A DNA stretch of 20,000 bases, from assembly GCF_004010195.1 (NCBI RefSeq), contig NC_057726.1:40560649-40580648 (forward strand), written 5' to 3'. Below the pieces are notes generated by a model, which searched no databases, was not told the origin of the DNA, and saw only the letters and a program-made list of their open reading frames with translations. Made by a program: the position numbers and the translations under genes. Positions 12,271-20,000 of this stretch are shown in pieces; position 1 is the stretch's first letter; each line of letters opens with the position of its first letter. Source of the DNA: Chiloscyllium plagiosum (taxonomy: Eukaryota).

Positions 12271-12554
12271 AGCACTTTGTCGTTCATTTACTTATAAAAA
12301 AACATTCAGAGTTTGTTTATTCTTTTCCTGCCTCTCTTTATCCACTCATCAGGTAAACAATAATAATGAACTACAATAAACACAAAATATATAGACTGAG
12401 GCATTTCTTTCCTTGCCAGGGACCTGCTGAATGTGTTGGAGATACTTTTATTGGAGGAAACTTTTCATTTATATACCACCCCCACCTTGAGACCTGAAAC
12501 TAAGCACTGAATTTTTTCACTCGCAGTTGAAGTACAGCTGGGTCAGCATGACTT

Positions 12555-13412
12555 TGTTATGGACCAGGTCAGACCACCTCACAACATTTCAAGAAGGTAG
12601 CCCAGACCCTAACCTTTCGAGTTGTTTTGAGCAGGTGTATAGTGGATATTCCAGGAATGATGCAGCTGGGAAAAAAACCCTCAGTTTTAAACAAAACAGA
12701 ACTTATTTACAAAGTACTGCATGAAATACAAACAAAAGAGAGGAGAATACAGAATAATTTAATTTATCCGAAAGCCCAGCAGACTATCCCAACTTAATGA
12801 TACTGCTCCAACTACCTGCCACAGTCCACATAAAGGTAAAATCAGACACAGGTTCTTACAGGAGAGAGGGCAGAGAGATTTAGCATGGAACTGCCTTCCA
12901 TTGTAGCTGTTTTTTGGATTCAAGATTAGAGTGGTGCTGGAAAAGCACAGCAAGTCAAGCAGAATCCGAGGAGCAGGAAAATTGACATTTCAGGCAAAAA
13001 CATCGATTTTCCTGTCCCTCAGATCATGCCTGACCTGCTGTGCTTTTCCAACACCATTCTAATCTTGACTCTGATCTCTAGCATCCACTTTAGTGCTCAC
13101 TTTAGCTCTGTTTCTTGGATTATCTAACTTAAACTGACCATCAGCTCTAAATAGCCAGACTGCTAAAACCAAAAAGAAACAAAGTAAAGCAGAGAAAATT
13201 TGAGCTGTGAACTGGCCACTCCCCTTTCATTGTACAAACGTTTTATTTTTAAAACTTGAAAGCCTTTTGCCTGAGGCAGTATCTGTTAGCTATAATCAAA
13301 TTGGCCCTAAAACCCACCCAAACCAGACACATCAGAACCTGTGTCTTCACGACCTCTTTGAAAAAAAAGACCAAGGACATTAAAACCTTGTTAAAGAAGC
13401 AGCATCATCACA
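12555..13412. mobile_element. Probable solo LTR (LTR retrotransposon/ERV), interrupted by a Penelope palindrome
   Basis: Starts TGTTAT, ends ATCACA (TG...CA, 5/6 inverted match); flanks ACTT (12551-12554) and ACCT (13413-13416) fit a decayed 4-bp TSD; about 670 bp without the insert. Confidence 0.6.
12921..13102. mobile_element. Inverted pair of Penelope family-B pLTR fragments (palindromic insertion)
   Basis: 12920-12985 is approximately the reverse complement of 13003-13068; flanked by TAGCTGTTTTTTGGATT (12904-12920) and TAGCTCTGTTTCTTGGATT (13103-13121). Confidence 0.85.
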
Positions 13413-13639
13413 ACCTGAATCAAATGTTCTCATGTGATCTCCCACTTTACATGGAAATAATTATGGAATCAATATGTTGGGGAATTGCACGGTCAGTGAG
13501 AGACAAAGTGATTACCGTTAGTCTGGTGCCTGTCTTAAAGCCTAGCTTGATACCACTTCACATGCTGCAAGTTAGGAAATGGGCACCTCAAACTGTAATG
13601 CACAACACAGGAAATGTCACATAGAACGTTATGTGAACA

Positions 13640-14388
13640 GCTTGCTTCCGGGTCAGGGATCTCGAAATGTTGGTGGACTTCACAGTGGAAAAGAAGAAAG
13701 TCCTTCTTCTCACTGACCACTGAAGGAGGGCCTTGCCAACAGCTGCAGCTTGCCTGGGCAGAGATGGCAGCATGAATCACTGCAGTGCCCTGCATCAAAA
13801 GGAATGCCCAGCAGTGTAGGAAGAGGGTGAAAGATCTCCTGCACTCAGGAAGAGTTAAATGGCACCACCTTTTCTCTACTACCTCATATCTACCAGGACA
13901 GCGTGTATTGAACTCTTGTATCCACTTCCATCATTCTCAATCCCTCTCTCTGTTTCATTCCAGGAAATATTGGCCACCAACTAGTCAGAGACGTTTGAGA
14001 CTGATGGTAGACATTAGGCCCCTCATTCAATACGAGAACAAATTTCAGATTTTAACCAGAGAAGAGCAAGGCCATTTATGTGGGGATGGGATGGCATCAA
14101 TGGGCAACAACCCAGTAAACCTCAATTTGCTGTTGTGCCCTCTCATTATTATCAGATCAATCTTAACCGCACAAGCTTTTATCCATCTTCTTAAATTAAT
14201 TCTACCTGCTCTTTTGTAGACACAAGTGGCACTGCTAAGAAATGGTTAGCATCAAAGAGTCTCAGCTCCACATCCACCTCTGAGGAGGAAGTCAGTGAAG
14301 CCTCAGAAGATGCATTATTTGCAGCCTCGAATAACTGAGAGCCTTCCACCGCATTGGTTCTCTAACTAGATTAGAGTTAGGAATACAA
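13640..14388 (+). pseudogene. Harbinger Myb/SANT-like DNA-binding protein gene remnant, about 3 exons
   Basis: FRVRDLEMLVDFTVEKKKVLL...(fs)AWAEMAA*ITAVPCIKRNAQQCRKRVKDL fits the trihelix Myb/SANT-like pattern (NAIF1/MSANTD type). Intron ~13854-13963 ends in a pyrimidine tract + CAG; then VDIRPLIQYENKFQILTREE; intron ~14115-14219; then an acidic SSTSTSEEEVSEASED segment. Confidence 0.8.
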
Positions 14389-14596
14389 CTCCGTTAGCTC
14401 AGTTGGTTAGATGACTATAATCTTGTGTAGAATAAAGCCAGCAATATGGGTTCAATCTCTGTATTGAATATGATAGTTTATGATGGTGTGCCTCCCTATC
14501 CCATTTGTTTAGAATAGTTGCCCTCAAGCTATATAAAACAAATTGTCTTTCTCGAATGAACAGAAATGCCTATGGTCCTTTATAGTCAATGGCTCC
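14388..14596 (+). mobile_element. tRNA-derived SINE, decayed, distinct from HE1
   Basis: A box TAGCTCAGTTGG (14395-14406) and B-box-like GGTTCAATCTC (14449-14459); no V domain; does not fold as a credible tRNA; 3' boundary approximate. Confidence 0.6.
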
Positions 14597-14611
14597 ATAC
14601 CACTATTATGA

Positions 14612-15280
14612 TAATTTCTTCAACAATAGCTTCTCACATTTTCCTTATGACAGATATAAAGATAGCTAGTCTGTAATTTCCTGCTTTATGACTCCCTCCC
14701 TTTTTGAAAAATAATGTTACATTCAGGAATTTCCATTCTAATGGGACTTGACCCAAATCTAGGGATCTTTAGAAAATTAAAACCAATCCATTGATTTTTT
14801 TTCACTTGCCACTTCTTCTAAGATCCGAGGATGAAATTCATCATGACCTGAGCACTTAACAGCCCGCAGCTCTAACTCAGTACTACTTTTCAAGGATTTT
14901 AATTTTCCTGAGTTCTTCCTTCCTATCTAATTCCTGATTTATAGCTGTGTAGAGGGTGTAAATTGTATCCTTCACAGTGAAGACTGATGCAACATATCTA
15001 CTCAATACATCTTCCATCTCCTTTTTTTTTCCATTCCTAAGTCTCTAAATTGACTTTCTATTGGATAAATGCTCATTTTGTTAACTATTCCCTTTTTAAA
15101 ATATTTATAGAAACCTGCAGCATGCTGCCAGTTTTCTCTTGATCTGTAATTGTCTCCTCCTTATTAATGTTTGTAGTCAGTCTTTGCTGTTCTTTATATT
15201 CTCTCTAATCTTCTGACCTGTTGCTTATTCTTCACAATTATATGTTTTTTTTCTTTCAGTTCAATTCTGCCTCTAACTCT
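14612..15280 (-). mobile_element. CR1 ORF2 internal fragment (start of RT domain), old
   Basis: Minus strand KCSGHDEFHPRILEEVASE...SLDLGQVPLEWKFLNVTLFFKKGGSHKAGNYRLAIFISVIRKM*EAI matches the CR1 pattern PGPD..HPRVLKE...W..ANV.P.FKKG....GNYRPVSLTS. Confidence 0.85.
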
Positions 15281-15929
15281 GGTGGCTATGAGGTGGTCTC
15301 TGGCCTCTCAGACTGTGTGATTTGCTCTGTCATTCTGTCTCAGACCATGCTCCTGGTGAATGTCTTGATACTCAACTGCATCTTTTTCCTCAGATGATTA
15401 TTGATTGCATCCAGAACATTCCCCTCCACCCCCCTCATTTATATTAGTCCAAGTTCTGATGGACACAGCATACCACAATGATTCAGAACCTCATCTCTAA
15501 GCATAATACTTCAAGGCCCTACCAGAGATGTTCAGTAATTAACATTTCATCATAAAGTGGCCGGTGGTGGAAGAGTAAGCTGCATTGTATTTATGTTCTG
15601 CATTGGTCTGAGGCTCCTAAAAAAATGTTATGAGCCATGTCTGAAGGTGTACCCCTTGTTTCCCAGCAGTTATCATTGTCTCAGCCAAGGGTGTTGGAAG
15701 GAATAGGAACCTGAGTACATCAGAATTCTAGTACATCAGAATTATGGCAGCCACAAGGTATCTGATACAGATGCTAGAATTTGGATGGATGGTCACATAT
15801 AAATTAAACATACATAGAGAGAAAGTATTTTCTGTTCACAAACATCATAGGCTAGTGATAGGATGCTCTCTTGGAAACATGGGTGTATTTGATAGTGTCC
15901 TGCATCAAAAGAATCCAGTGATGGTGAGA
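15281..15929 (-). pseudogene. Harbinger (HARBI1-like) DDE transposase remnant, catalytic and C-terminal part
   Basis: Minus strand with stops/frameshifts: ITGF/MQDTIKYTHV..FVNRKYFLSMYV*FICDH..CIRY/GCHNS..LLGNKGY/LQTWLIT..PQTNAEHKYNAAYSST..LNISGRALKY..IIVVCCVHQNL..EARDHLIAT; motif order matches HARBI1-family transposases. Confidence 0.9.
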
Positions 15930-16846
15930 CTTGGTCCTCACCTTCCACCCCACCAACCTCCAGATACACCGTATCATCCTCTGCCATTTCCGCCACCTAC
16001 AATCAGAGCCCACCACCAGAGATATATTTCCCTCCCCACCCCTATCTGCATTCTGGAGAGGCCATTCCCTCCGCGACTCCCTTGTCAGGTACACGCCCCC
16101 CACCAACCCACCCTCCACTCCCAGCACCTTCCCCTGCTGCTGCAAGAAATGTAAAATCTGCGCCAAAACCTCACCTCCTTCCAAGGCCCCGACAGAGATT
16201 AACCTGTACTTCCACACTCACCATCTACAGTGTGCGTTGCTCTCAATGTTGTCTCCTCTACATTAGGGCGACAAAACGCCAACTTGTGGATCATTTCAGA
16301 GAACATCTCTGGGACACCTGAACCGAACAATCCCAATGCCCTGTGGCCATACATTTTAGCTCCCCCTCCCTCTCCACCAAGGACACGGAGGTCCTGGGCC
16401 TCCTCCACTGCCAAACACTAACTACCTGAGGAAGAACGCCTCATCTTCTGCCTTGGGACCCTCCAACCACACGGGATCAATGTGGATTTAATCAGTTTCC
16501 ACATTTCCCCTCACACCACCTTATCCTAGATCCAACCTTCCAACACAGCACCATCCTCTTGACCTATCCTACCTGTTCATCTTCCTTCCCAGCTATCTGC
16601 TCCACTCTCCTCCCCGACCTATCACCTTCGCCCCCAACTTCATGTACCTATTGCATTACCGGATACCTTCCCCCCGACCCCACATTCCCCATTTATCTTT
16701 CAGCTCCCTTAGGCTTCTAGCCTCAAAAGAGCTTTTGCTTGAACCATCGATTCTCCTCCTCCTTGAATGCTGCCTGATCGGTTGTGCTTTTATAGCACCA
16801 TACTCTTCAACTCTGATCTCTAGCATCTGCAGTCCTCACTGTCTCC
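15930..16846 (+). mobile_element. Penelope-like retroelement, 5'-truncated (RT-EN linker, GIY-YIG endonuclease, pLTR)
   Basis: LVLTFHPTNLQIHRII...SLRDSLVR...FPCCCKKCKIC; IYSVRCSQCCLLYIRATKRQLVDHFREH (decayed GIY-YIG); EEERLIFCLGTLQPHGIN; flanked by direct repeat ATGGTGAGA (15921-15929, 16847-16855). Confidence 0.93.
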
Positions 16847-17137
16847 ATGGTGAGATTGGGCCAGAACTGCTTGACTCTTATCATCATGGAGCTGTGATTG
16901 GAGGAAATGGCATCAATTACATCCTTGAGGATTGGGAGATGCACACAGGTCGCTAGTTGCTCACTGAAATAAGTCAGACATAAAGATTCAGGGCACCTTA
17001 ATACACATAGATTACCACCTATCCCTCATGAACACAAATCCTCTTCCTGCAGATCATAATCTTCAGCAACAATGGGGTGAGACATCATTAATCAACGCTT
17101 GCACTGTCCATCAGGCAGTTGCAGAAAATGACCATGA
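16847..17137 (-). pseudogene. Harbinger transposase remnant, N-terminal helix-turn-helix region
   Basis: Minus strand ALNLY/SDLFQ*ATSDLC/ISQSS/KDVIDAI resembles HARBI1-family AL.F..SGSFQ...GD..GISQ.S......V..AL. Confidence 0.8.
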
Positions 17138-18209
17138 CATGGAATACAGAGAGAACTAGTTATCTGGATACAGAACTGGCTTGAAGGTAGAAGGCAGAGG
17201 GTGATGGTTCGGGTGAGGGCTACTTTTCAGTCTGGAGGCCTGTGATCAGTAGTGTGCCATAAGGATCAATGCTGGGTCCACTCCATTTTGCCATTTATAT
17301 AAATGCTTTGGATGTAAACATAGGAGATATGATTAGTAAGTTTACAGATGACATTAAAATTAGAGGTGTAGTGTCAGCGAAGAAGGTTACCTCAGAGTAC
17401 AATGGGATCTTGATCAGATTGGCCAATGGGCTGAGGAATGGGAGATAAAGTCTAATTTAGATAAATGTGCAGTGCTGCATTTTGGAAAAGCAAATCAGGG
17501 CAGGACTTATACACTTAATGTTGCTGAACAAAGAGATATTGGAGTGCAGGTTCATAGTAGATAGGATAGTGAAAAGGAATTTGGTATGCTTGCCTTTATT
17601 GGTCAGTGCATTGAGTACTGGAGTTAGGATATCATATTACACGTGTACAAGACATTGATTCGACCATTTTTGGAGTATTGTGTGCAATTGTGGTCTCCGT
17701 ATAAGAAGATGGATGTTGTGAAACTTGAAAGGGTTCAGAAAAGATTTACAAGGATGCTACTGCGGTTGGAAGGTTTGAACTATAAGGAGAGGCTGAATAG
17801 GCTGGGGCTGTTTTTCCTGGAATATCAGAGGCTGAGGCATATCCTTATAGAGGTTTATAAAATCATGAGGGGCATGGATAGGATACATAGGCAAAGATCT
17901 TTTCTACAGTATGAGGGAGTCCAAAACTAGAGGGCATAGGCTTAAGGTGAGAGGGGAAAGATATAAAAGGGACCTAATGGGCATTTTTTTCACACAGAGA
18001 GCAATGTGTGTCGGGAATGAGCTGCCAAAGGAAGTCGTGGAGGCTGGTACAATTACAACATTTAAAAGGCATATGAATAGGAAGGGTTTAGAGGGATATG
18101 GACCAAATGCAGGCAAATGGGACTAGATTTATATAGGATTGGCATGGACGAGTTGGACTGAAGGGTCTGTTTCCGTGCTGTATATTTCTGTGACTCTACA
18201 GCTCTGTGA
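17138..18209 (+). mobile_element. CR1-clade LINE (HER1-like), 5'-truncated, RT core to 3' tail, decayed
   Basis: HGIQRELVIWIQNWLEGRRQRVMV, SVP*GSMLGPL, ISKFTDDIKI, YKTLIRPFLEYCVQLWSP; tail TCTGTGACTCTA; same family as 5166-6052. Confidence 0.95.
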
Positions 18210-18412
18210 CCTATAGTTTCAGGGCTTCATCATTCAGTTGCACCTTGTTGATCAATGTTCACCTCCTGCTACACCACCTGGAGAGATGCAGCAGCCATTA
18301 AAAGCTGTTGTTCTTGCAGGACCTGTTGAGAGTGTTCTAACTTCTTCCTCCTTCTGCACTTTCTTTGTTGAATGATCAAGGCCACAATACCTCCAGCAAC
18401 TGCATTCTCCAT
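18210..18412 (-). pseudogene. Probable N-terminus of the Harbinger transposase
   Basis: MENAVAGGIVALIIQQRKCRRRKKLEHSQQ (ATG at 18412) has a hydrophobic then basic pattern; same strand as, and collinear with, the other transposase pieces. Positional inference. Confidence 0.5.
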
Positions 18413-19289
18413 GCAAACTCCATGAGCAGAAGCCCAGGGGGTGTCAGAAAGATAATCCAATTTCATTGAAGGAGCTCCTGTGGCCTCTATAACAATGAAG
18501 CCTCATATCCTTACATAGTATGGAGGCTTCTCAAGGAAGTAATAGGCATGTCTCAATAAAGAATTATGAGGCACATGTCCATATCCAATTAAATAGTACA
18601 TAACCAAAGCTTTCATGCTCCAGTGGAACTAGAAAACAGTAACTTCATGTGCCCACTTTGTTCAGCTATTTTGTGAAGCTGTAGTGCAATTAACTTTCAA
18701 TCTGACAAGGTGATGCTCTAACTTCATGTTAGCCTGCGGGATTTGCAAATTCTACCTGTGACCCATGATTTCCTACCCATCCTTCACATTGCTTTTTCCG
18801 TTGCTATCACTGTGGCCCCAATGATCTTTTAGCCTCCCCCCATTTTGCTTGAGCCTGTTCTATAATGGCCCCCTTTAACCCCAGAGACTGTGACTTTGCA
18901 AATTCCCATACCCTTGTTGGGCCTATATCATCCCTATATAGAGTTAGCATGCCCTGCATGACCCCATTCCTTCCAGAACACCCAGCTCACAATAAGGCCC
19001 ATCCTGCTATCTCCAATTGTCCTCTTTAACAGTGACCATTCCTTTAGTGATATCCTATTCCCAGCCTATCCCAAGACTTGAATTGTTCACTTTTACCAGC
19101 ACTCCATGGATTGCCCCAATAATCCCCAAACCATATTAAGCAACTTTCCAGGAGTGACCACACATTGGGATGATTTGGCAGGACAATCCTAAGTGATCAC
19201 AGCCCATCCTCCACATTGATGAAGCTGACCTACCAATAATACCTGTCTGTTGCATGTACCCTGCAGGTCTGACTGGGGTCAAATCTCTG

Positions 19290-19799
19290 AACTGCTAGGA
19301 CGCCTGGACTTTGATAGGCTCGATTTTAAGTGCGAGCAGCAGTGGAGAAGGAGCAGGAGCAGCGGAGGAAGTGATGTGGACCGGAGGGGCAGCCGGGAAG
19401 GAAAGCAGTGACCATATATATCAGCAAGGCAGCTAAACCCGAGACTCTACTACTGTAGTGTCTCCCACCCGCCCTTCTCCTCTAACCTAGTTAATAAGTA
19501 GGAAGAGTGGGAGCAATGACCAGGGGACTGCTGGTAATATATCTGGGCAGTGGCTGAACCCGAGACACTACACGTGTTGTGTCTCCCCGCTCCCCCCCGC
19601 TCCCCCCCCCCCAACCAAAATGAGGACTCTGGTTTGTTAAGGTAAGGATTTTCTATTTCTTTATCGGTGAATGGTTAAACATTTACTTTTTATGGTTTAT
19701 TTATTAATTGGTTTTTAGAAAAAGACTATAGCAGAGAGGTATCAGAAAGTATTTTAACTCAAACCTATGCAAAGTAATAAAGTAATTAACTAAGCAGAG
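19290..19799 (+). promoter_or_regulatory. Probable CR1 5' UTR/internal promoter with duplicated palindrome; 5' boundary approximate
   Basis: GC- and CpG-richer than the flanks; two related units about 121 bp apart; E-box CACGTG at 19571-19576; lies directly upstream of CR1 ORF1. Confidence 0.6.
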
Positions 19800-20000
19800 A
19801 TGGCTGGTCAGGTGGTGTGCTGGAGCTGTATGGTGTGGGAGCTGGCTGATCCCATTGTGAATGGCAGTGACCACATCTGCAGCAAGTGTTGGTTGCTGGA
19901 AGAACTCCGGATCAGAGTTGATGATCTGGAATCTGAGCTTCAAACACTGCGCCACATCCGGGAGGGGGAGAGTGACCTGGACGCTTTGTTTCAGGAGGCA
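19800..20000 (+). CDS. CR1 LINE ORF1 N-terminus (zinc finger/leucine zipper), open to window end
   Basis: MAGQVVCWSCMVWELADPIVNGSDHICSKCWLLEELRIRVDDLESELQTLRHIREGESDLDALFQEA: CxxC-x16-CxxC followed by heptad leucines; 67 codons without a stop; absent from the ORF track because it runs off the window. Confidence 0.88.
   Translation, partial: MAGQVVCWSCMVWELADPIVNGSDHICSKCWLLEELRIRVDDLESELQTLRHIREGESDLDALFQEA

Larger units (their letters stand above)
13413..18760. mobile_element. Fossil PIF/Harbinger DNA transposon (Myb-like gene plus transposase, convergent); boundaries approximate
   Basis: Myb/SANT-like remnant on + and HARBI1-like transposase remnant on -; terminal inverted repeats not securely identified. 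Confidence 0.8.

Noticed and set aside
14388..14470. Functional tRNA gene
   Set aside because: A and B boxes are present but there is no credible cloverleaf; treated as a SINE head.
12504..18757. Possible Harbinger TIR pair (CACTGAATTTT..CGCAG at ~12505 and CTGCG..AAATTCTACC at ~18734-18756)
   Set aside because: Similarity is too short and gapped to call.
74..19955. Listed ORFs as host protein-coding genes
   Set aside because: They are short, mostly antisense or off-frame readings of repeats, or pieces of decayed TE proteins; none resembles a host protein I recognise.
1..20000. CRISPR array or prokaryotic operon/defence system
   Set aside because: No repeat-spacer periodicity or gene-dense architecture; the sequence is vertebrate repeat-rich DNA.

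Overview
AT-rich, CpG-depleted eukaryotic DNA with no recognisable intact host gene. The repeat families (HE1-type V-SINEs, HER1/CR1 LINEs, Penelope-like elements) point to a cartilaginous fish, probably a shark (inference). Bases 1-12.5 kb are intron/intergenic-like sequence with scattered SINE, LINE and Penelope fragments. The most structured region is about 13.4-18.8 kb, a fossil two-gene PIF/Harbinger DNA transposon not visible as such in the ORF track. It has an intron-containing Myb/SANT-like gene on + and a convergent HARBI1-like DDE transposase on -, broken by a tRNA-SINE, a CR1 internal fragment, a Penelope GIY-YIG fragment with a 9-bp target duplication, and a CR1 3' fragment. Immediately left is a solo LTR carrying a palindromic Penelope terminal-repeat insertion. 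Several Penelope terminal repeats keep decayed minimal hammerhead-ribozyme motifs. The window ends inside a younger-looking CR1 with a 5' UTR containing a duplicated 24-bp palindrome and an open zinc-finger/leucine-zipper ORF1. All family calls come from motifs read by eye, with no database search. I found no clearly novel system; the elements belong to known classes.
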